DNA of 64,000 bases from NCBI RefSeq assembly GCF_006345805.1, contig NC_042998.1:129146001-129210000 (forward strand). The letters are read 5' to 3'. The notes beneath the pieces are model-generated. The model was not told the origin of the DNA. It saw only the letters and a program-made list of their open reading frames with translations, and made no database searches. The position numbers and the translations under genes are program-made. Positions 52,791 through 64,000 of the stretch are shown here, one piece after another. The DNA comes from Octopus sinensis. Lineage: Eukaryota. Each line of letters starts with the position of its first letter. The first letter of the stretch is position 1.

Positions 52791-53935
52791 AATTATGCCA
52801 CCCGAAACACATCAAAAGAAATATTCCAATTAATTTAGCAAAAAAGATTTGCACAATAGTGTCTGATGGAAATACTCGAGACCTCCGTCTTCAAGACCTT
52901 AGAACAACACCGAGAGACAATGTCCACCCTTATTTATAGATGATGGAATTAAGCGTGCCAAGAAATTAGGCATTAAGACACTAAGGGAAGCAAAAGTTAA
53001 CACCACACCTCTTCTCAAAATACTACCGTACATATGAACTCACTATACTAGGAAAAATGAGAAATACAATACTATTGTACAAAACCTACCTATGCTCACT
53101 AGGGATCCAAACATTTTGTAAACACATAAATTATCAAATGCAAAAAACAACACAAATCACTGAAATGATTTCTGACAAATGCGAAGTAATACACAACAAC
53201 CACGAGACCAATGGTTAAAAAATGTGGACGCCCAAACTGTGGAGTTTGCCCCAACCTACTTGTAAACTCGGAATTCCTATTCGAACAAATAAAGAGGTTC
53301 GCAATTAAAACAAGCTTCACTTTTGCTTCCGAAAATCTAATTTACGTTATACCTTATTCAGGTTGTGGACATAACTATATAAAACAAACAAGTATGTCAC
53401 TTAGACCGAGAACCACACTACATAAGGAACAGATCCGTTTCCCAACGTACAGACAGATTCCTTTAAATGGACTCATACATAGATGTGCAAGTAATATCCA
53501 ACCAAACTTCGCAGTTTTCACCATCTACCAGTACAAAGAAACAATCTCTGTACAAGAACGTTTAAATAAAGGAACATTTATTAATCGAAAAATACAGAAC
53601 ACGCCTAAATATGAAGGCATAACCAACTTTTGTCTCAGTATATATTTTAATTCATGATCACATTCCCATCACTGTACATATTTCATCTCACTACTTTAAC
53701 TCATGAACTTTTGTATATTTACCCCTCGCCAAAAGAGTGCGATTACCTCCCCTGTCCCGAAAAATAATGTTCACCAATTACCTCCCCTTAGAGTTTTCTC
53801 CTATTTGACTCATTCACAAACTCCAAGAACCCGGACTAAAATCTTCTTAGAAAAATACGAAATCACAATAATTTCAATGTCATGATTAGTGAAAGTGAAA
53901 CCGGTCGACAAACAATAGTCTTTCACTTAATATAT
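52791..53935 (+). mobile_element. Penelope-like element 3' half (thumb/linker, GIY-YIG endonuclease, 3' region), 5'-truncated
   Basis: CHPKHIKRNIPINLAKKICTIVS; KKCGRPNCGVC; FTFASENLIYVI..SGCGHNYI.QT; decayed hammerhead at 53878-53910. Confidence 0.9.
53211..53657 (+). pseudogene. GIY-YIG endonuclease of Penelope-like element
   Basis: CxxxxCxxC linker, then NLIYVI..SGC..NYI.QTS..LR.R...H..QIR; some conserved glycines substituted. Confidence 0.85.
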
Positions 53936-54035
53936 TAAAAGAATTAAAACTATGTAAACTATGTGCATTTTCCTTCTTTTATTATATATAAATATATATG
54001 TGTGTGTGTGTATGTGTGCGTGTATGCATACACGA

Positions 54036-54078
<43 letters not shown>

Positions 54079-55682
54079 CATATATATAGACACGTATATG
54101 TATATATACATATACACATACACATACTCATATATAGTTTAGATTACAGAGGATCGACACATATCAAAGAGATGCACACCGCAAATTGGCGATACAGAAC
54201 GATGCAAATCACAAAATAACCAGTTAAATAATTCGTTCTCTCAACACAGAATGCATCGACGGGCTGAGTTCAGTGTTAGGTAATGGACAAATTCAATATT
54301 ACCAAAAGGTATTTAAAATTATCCAGCGATGGCGTAAAATATATTTAAAAACAGACGAATGTAATGTGAAATTGATACAATCGCTTCATTAGCAATGTTG
54401 TTTTGTGATATAAGCCTAATGACTTGTTGATCAATTAACAAAGTCAATGCTCACTTCTTATTTGGTAGCCCGATGAGTTGGGAGTTATATAGCGTATTAG
54501 TTATGGGACCAATTGTATTATGCTTATGTCACAATATAGACTCCTCATGCAACAATTGCAGCGATACCAGATAACTTATTAGTCTGTTTATACACCCCCA
54601 CACAAATCTATGTATCTATATTTCTATACATACATACATGCATACATATATAAATACATACATAACTGCTCCTGTACAATTCCCGCCCATCAAACTTGCT
54701 AGGTATCATTCAAACCGAGACTTTTGTAGAAAACACTTAATCATGATACTATGCGTGGTTTTTTTTTTTAAATAATAAACAAATAGTTACAAAGAAAATT
54801 TCTTAACTGACCGTCATGTCGTTACCATTAAATACTACAGTTTCAATATTTTTGACAAGATAACCTGACTCATAGACTAATATTATGCATGTTTATTAAG
54901 AATTTTATTACTTTTACTACGTTTTTCAGCATATTCTCTATATTTAAAAACAGTCTATTCTAACCGAAATCAACTTTGCCTCTCATAGCCCCGGGCTTCA
55001 TTAATATAGTGAACTACTGACAAAGGTGTTGGGTAACTGTAATACTTCAAGGTTACTGCCCTTGTGCCCAAGTCAGAAACAAAGAAGCTTTGTGTTTGTT
55101 TAGAGACGTTTTGATCCAAGACCCGTATGATCAAAAGAATTCCAGGCCTGATGATTCTAAACACTTTTTCCTAGATACATCTAGAACCACATTTGCGAAT
55201 ATGATCTTCGTATTTGATGATGGTACAGCTGAAATCGAGCGAGATTTAGATTCTATTTCTATCATGCTATGCAACTACCTACAGGCCGTTGGTTCATCCA
55301 CGGTGATCGATAATTATTTTCACCAAGATACTTTAAATACTTTTCTACTGGCAAAAAGGGAAACGTGTAACGACAACAAACCTTCTGTCATTATCCAACT
55401 CTAGGCCATAATTTACAGTTTATCACACTGGTAATTGACAATGAGTATATAGTTCAAATGAACTTTTTAAGATGTATCTACGATCGACAGTGAGATAAAC
55501 TGGGGTTTTTAGATCTTAAAAAGAACCCCGCTTCTAGTGGATTTGAAACTACGACTCACTAGCTTGTTTATTTATGACTTGTGTACGTGGATATTACACG
55601 ATGTCTCTGGAAATTTCGCTGTCGCTCCCTCCTCAATTTTTGCTTTTTATCTGGCATACACACACGTTCACATCACACACAA

Positions 55683-55741
<59 letters not shown>

Positions 55742-58495
55742 CACATGTACGCATGCATAAAGGAATTATATACATATATACATACACACACACAAATACG
55801 TATGTACCAGCAGATGAATATATATATAAAGACGTACGCACATGTACAAACATACCAATATGCATGTATGTGTGTATATTGTTGTTGTTCAGTTGTCAGC
55901 GATGCAAGTAGACAAATGTTTTAGAGTTTGGTATATAATTGGAAATTATTCAGCAAATTAATGACATTGAGAGTCTAAATCTGTATAATTTGCCAATAAA
56001 CAAGAAAGTGGTGGCATTTTAACATTTTTGAAGAACTGGAACTTCTGATATTATCCGACCTTTACTGCAGCTTTGGTAGCACATTGTAATTCTCAGCGTT
56101 TGTTTTGTGTGATGGTTCGAACACCCCCACCCTCACAAAAGAAAAATAAACCCGTAATAGATGAAAAGGCGAAAAAACCCTCGCAAAAATACATAAAATA
56201 GAAATAAAAAATCTACGTGATAAAATCCACAACAGTATTCCTCTTTTTATCTTCTGCTTTTTTTCTTTCACTGAAAGATAAATATTTTATTATTCGTAGA
56301 TATTTTCACCCTAATATAACCATTTCTAGATTATTTTAAACATTCTGATAAATATTGCATTACTTGGTATATTTCAATGCCGAGGGCTAACTCTGTTTGC
56401 TGACGTTTGTATAGTTAAATCTGTTTATCTTTGATTTGCTCTGGAATCGAGTTCATTCTGTCAGCACTAAATAACAGATCTGGTGTGTTTCAAAGAACTG
56501 TTCCAGCTGATGAAGCATTATTTTCTGACTGAAAAAACAAAACAACAGCATCCACAATCCTGTGTTCTTAGTGGCTCAGCTGCACATAATTTTTTTTGCG
56601 TGTGTGTCAAGCGAATTGAAAGTACTTCCGGCAGCTGCCGTGAACATGGTGAGAAATTTACGCAGTGAATGACAGATCGGTCTTCAGAAAGTAATGTTTT
56701 GAAAAGTTAATTCTCGAAATGGCAGCTGATTCTTGCGGTTAGTATGATGATCGAGTTTAAAAAGGTCTTTACACTTCCTGAACTTTGTTTTTCTTTTCTC
56801 AAAATAAAAGTTTTATAGATTTAAATAATGTTTATAAATTTCTTCAATATTTTCAACAATTCTAAAGTAAACGTGTTGTATTCCTCATGTGGTATTTCAT
56901 CTTTTACACGGAGAAGGAAATCGGTATCAGTCTTACGTATAAAACTTTGAGGATGATAAGATGTTATCATGATATGTACCGTTACATTGTACCTACTCAT
57001 ACATAATACATACATAAATGCATACATACATATATACGTACGTACGTATGTATGTGTGTTCGAATGTATTTAAGTGAGTGTGTGTGTGTGTGTGTGTGTG
57101 GTGTGTATACCATCATACCATTTCTATGAAACTGAATGCAGAAAACGATGGACTGTTTATATTCAGAATACTTCAAAGAATGTAAACACCGTTAGTATTT
57201 TTTTTATAAATTATTCAGGAAGAGAAAAAGAGGGAAGACACCATGACTTGTGCATGTTCTGCCAGACTGTTAAGATTAATGAGGTTGCTTACTTGATTTC
57301 AAAACAACTTTCTAACCATATCACAAACATGTCTATTACAGTCTGAAAATTTCTATTAATTTATACGACTCATAATAAGAAACAATACACTTGCATCATA
57401 ATTGAAATAACTGACAATATATAGGATATATGAGACCATAAAAGAAGGGGCACTGATTTTTTATTGCTTCTTTTGGGATAACAATTATATAATACTAGTA
57501 GTAACACCGCCTTCCGGGTGGTTTTTTTGCTAGTGTATGTCAAATTTGTATATTCGAATGTGGAAACAAATAATGCAATATGTATATTGCATTATTGTAT
57601 TGTAGACAGTTTGTTAAATGAAACCAATATATTACCTAACAATCAATACAAAGTCAGCGACATAGACACAAATATTAATCCAAGGCTTTTGTTATTGAAA
57701 GGACTGTGGTTTACACATTTGTGTGAACCGAATGAAACTTGAAATGAGAGATTTCTACGCAATTTTGATACAACGCGAAAGTTTTCACAAATATTCTCAC
57801 TGTATCTCAAAGAAATACTTTGTAATCACCTCTGAAATCAACTGAAATGAGTTGGTTCAGATAGAGAAAGAGAGATGGAGAGAAAGAGAGAAAGAAAGAG
57901 AGAGAGAGGGTAAGTGAGAGAGCAAAAGAGGAAGGAAGGGAGGGAGACATATAGAAAGAAGAAGGGTGAGAGTGAGAATAAGATATAGCTTTAGAAGGAA
58001 AGAAACAGACGCTAAGTGTAAGAGAGGAGTACTTCTAAGGATAGAGAAAAACCAAGACAAATCTAAATAGAGGCGAGGGAGTAAGAGGTTAAAAACGTAT
58101 GATGACGATAGGAGTGAAAGTACAAAAGTTATAGAGAAAGTGAGACTAAGAAGAATAGAGAAAGTAAACAAAAAAATGTTTGTAATCCCATATTTCTAAT
58201 GGAAATAATTGAATAGAAGCGATTTTGTATTCTAATAGAAATGTTAAACGAAATCAGTATATTACCTAACTATAAACGCAAAATCGACGACTTAGGCACG
58301 GAAAATAACCAAAGGTGTTCATTATTTAAAGGACTATATTTGTGTATGACGGAATAAAACTTGGAATGTAAAAGTAGTGAAAAGTTTTTCACAATAATTC
58401 TTGAGGTATCTCAAAGGAAAACTTTGTAATCATGTAACTTTAATGAAAACATTTTGAATAGAGGTGGTTCAAAGAGATAAATAGATAGATAGAAA

Positions 58496-58539
<44 letters not shown>

Positions 58540-58794
58540 AAGAGAGAAAGTGGTAGAGAAAGAGAAAGAGAGATGCAAGGAAATAAACTATGGTTTAGAA
58601 TGAGAGAAGAAAAGTTAGAAGGATTGAGAAAAAGAAAGACACTACAAAAAGAGAATAGAAGCAATGAAGGAATGAATAAATAGAGAGAGAGAGAGGGGGG
58701 AGTGAGAGAGAAAGAGAGACAGAGAAAGAAGGGAGTAAGACATTAATTCCCGTAGTGGATTGAAATTAGTTTTCTGACTAAATCGTTTAGTTGA

Positions 58795-59567
58795 AATTAT
58801 CCTTTTCTACTCTAAGCACAAGGCCCGAAACTTTTGGGGAAACGGTCAGTCGATTATATTGACCCCAGTACGCAAGTGGTACTTAATTTATCGACCCAGT
58901 AAGGATGAAAGACAAAGTCGACCTCGGCGGGATTTGAACTCAGAACATAAAGACAGACGAAATACCTATTTCTATATTACCCACAAGGGGCTAAACACAA
59001 AGGAGACAAACAAGGACAGACAAAGGGATTAAGTCGATTACATCGACCCCAGTGCGTAACTGGTACTTAATTTATCGATCCCGAAAGGATGAAAGTCAAG
59101 GTCGACCACGGCGGAATTTAAACTCAGAACGTTACAGTAGATGAAATATCCATTTCTTTATTACCCACAAGGGGCTAAACATAGAGGAGACAAACAAGGA
59201 CAGACAAACGGATTAAGTCGATTACATCGACCCCAGTGCGTAACTGGTACTTAATTTATCGATCCCGAAAGGATGAAAGGCAAGGTCGACCACGGCGGAA
59301 TTTGAACTCAGAACGTTACAGTAGACGAAATACCTATTTCTTTATTACCCACAAGGGGGTAAACATAGAAGAGACAAACAAGGACAGACAAACGGATTAA
59401 GTCGATTACATCGACCCCAGTGCGTAACTGGTACTTGATTTATCGACCCCGAAAGAAGGAAAGGCAAAGTCGACCACGGCGGAATTTGAACTCAGAACGT
59501 AACGGCAGACGAAATACCGCTGAGCATTTCGACCGGCGTTCTAACGATTCTGCCAGCTCGTCGCCTT
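58795..59567 (-). mobile_element. SINE family B concatemer: one tRNA head plus four core units at a 184-bp period
   Basis: GTCGATTA at 58849, 59033, 59217 and 59401; tRNA-like head only at about 59520-59567. Confidence 0.9.
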
Positions 59568-60282
59568 ATAGCCACCAAAATATTAATTCTCAATGCATCC
59601 AGAATCAAATAGTTCTGGGCCAAGAGACTGCTCTGTAAAATTGACGATTGTCAAGTTGGTCTGCTATGCTAAATAAAAGTCTTCTCTGTCGGGAATAGGC
59701 AATAAGAGACTACTTGATTGTATCCTGTATGAAGAGCATTTTTTTCGCTATTGCTTCTAATGTCCAAATACGTTTGCAAGACATGGAAAAAATATGTCTG
59801 CATGTGTGTGTCATTGTGTTTGCGTGTGTTTGTGTACGTGCATCTGTGCTGTTTTGAAAATATGACTGTACTCTAGTTTTCTTTTGTTCGTCAAGTAGTT
59901 TGTTTCCTAAAGTAAAATTTTCAAATCCATTACTTTCAGAATGAATTGATGTTGCTGTATATTGCTGTATCTTTTTAGTAGACAAGACAAACGCCATTAG
60001 TATAGATATTAAAGTCAGAATATTTGTCCAAACAGATAAAAAATATGAATGTTAAAATCTCCACTTAGAAATGCATTTAGATTCTCTTTTACAAATGCAG
60101 GACTAGAAAAAAGAAATTCAAAGAATAAAACAAACACTAATCAACAACGCGTATTCTAAGTACAAAGAAATAATAATATTTATACAACATCTATTGCTAA
60201 AACTCAAAACAATACATAAAGTGTATTGTGAATGAAATGCATACTAATTCTATAGTCGATAAACACAATTTTGCTTTCAAAC

Positions 60283-60372
60283 GTTGGCACAAGGCCAGAA
60301 GTTTCGGAGGAGGGGTTAAGTCGATTACACCGACCTCATTGTTCACCTGGTACTTAATTTATCGACCCCAAA
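60283..60372 (-). mobile_element. SINE family B 3' fragment
   Basis: GGCACAAGGCCAGAAGTTTCGG...AAGTCGATTACACCGACC...CTGGTACTTAATTTATCGACCCC. Confidence 0.75.
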
Positions 60373-60420
60373 TGGTGAAAGCTTGCCACCTTAGATAGAC
60401 TCAATATTAAAATCATCATA

Positions 60421-60620
60421 AGGCGTTGAGCTGGCAAAATGCACACCGGTTAAATGCTTAGCGGCATATCGTCCGTCTTTACATTCTGAGTTCAATTTCC
60501 GCCGAGGTGGACTTTACTTTTCATCATTTCCGGACCGATAAACTTAGTACCAGTCGATGTAGTCAACTTACAGCCTTCCTTGAACTTGCTGGCTTTGTAC
60601 CAAAATTTGAAATCAGTATT
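60421..60620 (+). mobile_element. SINE family B, decayed
   Basis: AGGCGTTGAGCTGGCAAAAT...CTGAGTTCAATTTCCGCCGAGGTGGACTTT. Confidence 0.75.
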
Positions 60621-60932
60621 AAAATCATAAAACAGAACGCAAAACTCATTAATAATGTTGATACATTAGTACAACTAATATATTACAAAAATACAACTAC
60701 AATGCAACCTCCAACGACATCACCACAACCAACACGACCATTGCTGTCATATTGCTAACAGCATCTCAAATATAAACAACATCATCTAAACCACTACCAC
60801 TATCAGCAACAACAGTACTACCACCACCTGCAATGTTAACGTCAATGCTATCCCATCTGTCATCTTATAAATGACAGGATAATGCAGTCCTGGGTTCATG
60901 CACAGAAAAAAAGTGTGATGCTGATAGTTGCA

Positions 60933-61000
<68 letters not shown>

Positions 61001-61030
61001 TATATATATATATATATATATATGTATATT

Positions 61031-61356
61031 GCATGAGATCTACCTGATTGTGTCAAGAACGATGAAAACATTTTGAAAACTTTGCTTAGGCCTCTGAGCA
61101 GGCATCGCCAAGCTTCTGGCAAAATTTGATGCAGATTCTCTGCTCAGCGTTCTCTGTCATGGTCAATGGGACGATCACACGCTACATATATTCCTTCCAA
61201 GCACTGCTGTAAACAGAGGAAGTGTGCTAGAACCTTTAAACTGAGTGCGCATGCACAACAGAGGTGAAGGTCAATCTGTGACAGGCGACTTTACTCTGCG
61301 TGCTTTAGCACCGTTACTATGGCAACAGTCCGGATACTTAGTGATCAGACCACGTA
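61031..61356 (-). mobile_element. Mariner 5' end (TIR plus transposase N-terminus)
   Basis: TA|CGTGGTCTGATCACTAAGTATCCGGACTG terminus; MTENAEQRICIKFCQKLGD..SE resembles the mariner EQRxCIKFCxKLG motif. Confidence 0.8.
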
Positions 61357-61373
61357 TATATGTATGTATATGC

Positions 61374-61431
<58 letters not shown>

Positions 61432-62799
61432 GTATATATATATATATATGTATACACACACACACATATATATATATGGTTATATATATATACATGCATT
61501 AAATATCAATATATCTATATATTTATAAAAATCTATATGTCTATATCTATTTATCTATCTATTTAACATCAGACAGGATCCAAGATGATATGGTAGAATG
61601 TATCATGATTTCACAAATTGTATAGGCGCCTTTGCACTTGTGAGCAGATATTGACACCCTTACCTCAGCAGAACATCCAGAATGTGATACACGGATGATG
61701 AGGTAGTTACCTCAGCACTAAGCTGTTACTTATTTCAGCTTAGTAGACTGGAACAATGTGAACTGAAACGCTTGTCAAGTCTGGAAGTCGAATCTGTGAC
61801 CTATTGATTATGAAACAGAAAGCTAACTCCAAGGTTACACGTCTACAGAGACACCCACGCAAATACGAGTACTTGTGAGATAGATAAGATATAATGAAAG
61901 ATAGGTAGAATAGCTGAAAAAATTAAAGAATGATAATCATACAGAGAAAAACCAGAGAAGGCAGAGAAATTAAAAGAGGGAAAGAGAAAAGAGAGAAATG
62001 GATATAAAAAGTGAAAATAACAAAATGTAGAGGAAATAGATAGTTGAGCGGGATGAGGAACTGATGGAAATAATTTTGGTAGGAAGTCTGTAATAATGAA
62101 CAGAATATGAGAAAGATAGAAGAAGCTTTGGTATAAGAATTAAGAACGAAAATAGACTTATGTACATATTAATTTAAAATTAATATTAGTTTCTAATATG
62201 AATTAGATTCTAATGCAAAATATGCCAAAACGTATTGCATAATTTCCAGTACGATTTCGTTTGGGTATGTTGCAAAATCATGCAGTTATCTTTGATGCAA
62301 TAGAAAGCTTGCCAAGAATTGATGCTATCAATTCCTTTTATCAAAATCTTAAAAAAAAGACTCCATTGCTTTTCCTTGATACACTGCTGATGTAGTAGAA
62401 TACTGCTTTGCCACTTAGCTTTCGATTTCTCTTCTCCTTTCCTACCTCTCTACTTCCATTCACCATCTTTTTGCCAATCACACATCCATGCATACGCACA
62501 CATTCTTCATCCATTTCGGGCATTTGTCATTTTACTCTATTTTTGTTTCAGTGGTTTTTAAAAAAGTTTTTGAAACCCTGTAATACTCATTCGCACATAC
62601 TTCATACGCTAGATTCAACAACTGTACGAGCGTTCCTGTTTTTTTTTTACCTTGTCTTGCAAAAAAAAAAAAAAGAGTTCCTGCACAACATACAGAGACT
62701 AAATAGTATAAAGTATACTTATTCCACGCAGGGGTTTATAGAAAATTTTCTTGGATGTGCATATGTTTAGGCAATATATATTGCAGGTAGATAACGCTT

Positions 62800-62900
62800 T
62801 TCTATCAGAAACAGCGAGCCGCCATTGAATTCTTGATGAAGGAAAATGAAGGCTGCTCTACATACACAGGAGGCTTACGTGTGTTAACGAAGATAAGGCC
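62800..62900 (+). mobile_element. Mariner transposase N-terminal fragment
   Basis: KQRAAIEFLMKENEG then, one frameshift later, IHRRL, matching QRAVIEFL..E....EIHRRL. Confidence 0.5.
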
Positions 62901-62967
62901 ACTGACAAGAACAATGAGTAGTAATAGCAACAACAACAACATTGCTATGCTATTAATTCTATCAACA

Positions 62968-63027
62968 TTGCTACTACTACTACTACTACTACTATTACTA
63001 CTACTACTACTACTACTACTGCTGCTG

Positions 63028-63065
<38 letters not shown>

Positions 63066-63075
63066 GCTGCTGTTG
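62968..63075. repeat. (TAC)n/(TGC)n microsatellite; second tract at 63546-63680
   Basis: Direct reading. Confidence 0.95.
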
Positions 63076-63547
63076 TTCACTGTCAAAGCTGGATATGTTT
63101 TGAAAGCTCTCGGTTTGTGTTCAGATTTCTTATCCATAGAGGGTCGCTGTTGCTAATTTTTTTGAATTACTCTAGTATTACGTTGACCAGAAGTATCAGG
63201 AAATGTTCACCATTTTTTCTTGTTATTTGTTTTAGAGAGCAACATTTTAACAGAAACAAAGCAAGGAAAAATACTTTCAAAATGGCTTCGTCTTCGCCGA
63301 CTGGCTCGCAAGATGGGAACATTGTGAAGTTGCTTTCAAGGTGCAGTTATCGTTTGTAATCACTAACCATAATAGCAGCAGCATCTCTAGGAACAACAAC
63401 GATAAAAAGCAACAGCAACATCTGCAACAGCGTTATTTCTTCCGCCATTTTGCATTCTGACTTAAAAATCCTGTTGGGGTCAATTTCGTCTATCCTCCCA
63501 CTGAGGCCGATAAAATAAATTATCAGTCAAGAGCTGGAATCATTTTT

Positions 63548-63623
<76 letters not shown>

Positions 63624-63768
63624 GCTACTACTACTGATGCTGCTGCTGCTACTGCTGCTGCTACTGTTATTGTTATTCTTAATATCAGTATTAAGCGGTG
63701 AGGTGACACCATCAAAATGCGCATCGGAAAATTGCTTAGCAGCACATCTTACAGTTCTTTACGTCATA

Positions 63769-64000
63769 ACTCTTTACTCTTTACTCTTTTACTTGTTTCA
63801 GTCATTTGACTGCGGCCATGCTGGAGCACCGCCTTTAGTCGAGCAAATCGACCCCAGGACTTATTCTTTGTAAGCCTAGTATTTATTCTATCTCTCTCTT
63901 TTTGCCGAACCGCTAAGTCACGGGGACGTAAACACACCAGCATCGGTTGTCAGTGATGGTGGCGGGGGGACAAATGCAGACACACAAACATATACACATG
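63769..64000 (-). mobile_element. SINE family A 3' half, continuing beyond the window
   Basis: Matches 31813-32020. Confidence 0.9.

Noticed and set aside
58849-59460. Regularly spaced repeats suggesting a CRISPR array
   Set aside because: Whole 184-bp units repeat with no unique spacers, they are SINE-derived, and no cas genes are present; the context is eukaryotic.
61699-61714. TGAGGTAGT, the start of let-7
   Set aside because: Only 9 nt match; it is half of a short palindrome TGAGGTA-GT-TACCTCA with no pre-miRNA hairpin.
62805-63156. Poly-Leu (transmembrane-like) and poly-Ser ORFs
   Set aside because: Product of the (TAC)n microsatellite; only the first about 30 codons derive from a mariner fragment.

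Overview
AT-rich, microsatellite-saturated eukaryotic non-coding DNA. The recurring SINE families and repeat mix look like an Octopus (coleoid cephalopod) genome; this is inference from recalled repeat consensus, not a database search. No intact host protein-coding gene is evident, and most short ORFs in the track are artefacts of (TA)n/(CA)n/(CTAT)n/(TAC)n tracts. Recognisable content is transposon debris: an internally deleted Helitron (PIF1-type helicase half plus 5' TC terminus, 1-2714), two Penelope-like elements (RT and GIY-YIG), R4/Dong, CR1, RTE and Tx1 LINE 3' fragments, three mariner fragments, and many tRNA-derived SINEs, including a 184-bp-period SINE concatemer. The most unusual layer is structural. 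At least seven minimal type-I hammerhead-ribozyme-like motifs occur, four of them placed in inverted pairs. There are also two near-perfect fold-back palindromes about 1 kb apart, further older inverted repeats, and an aberrant tRNA-like cloverleaf with Pol III A/B boxes and a terminator.
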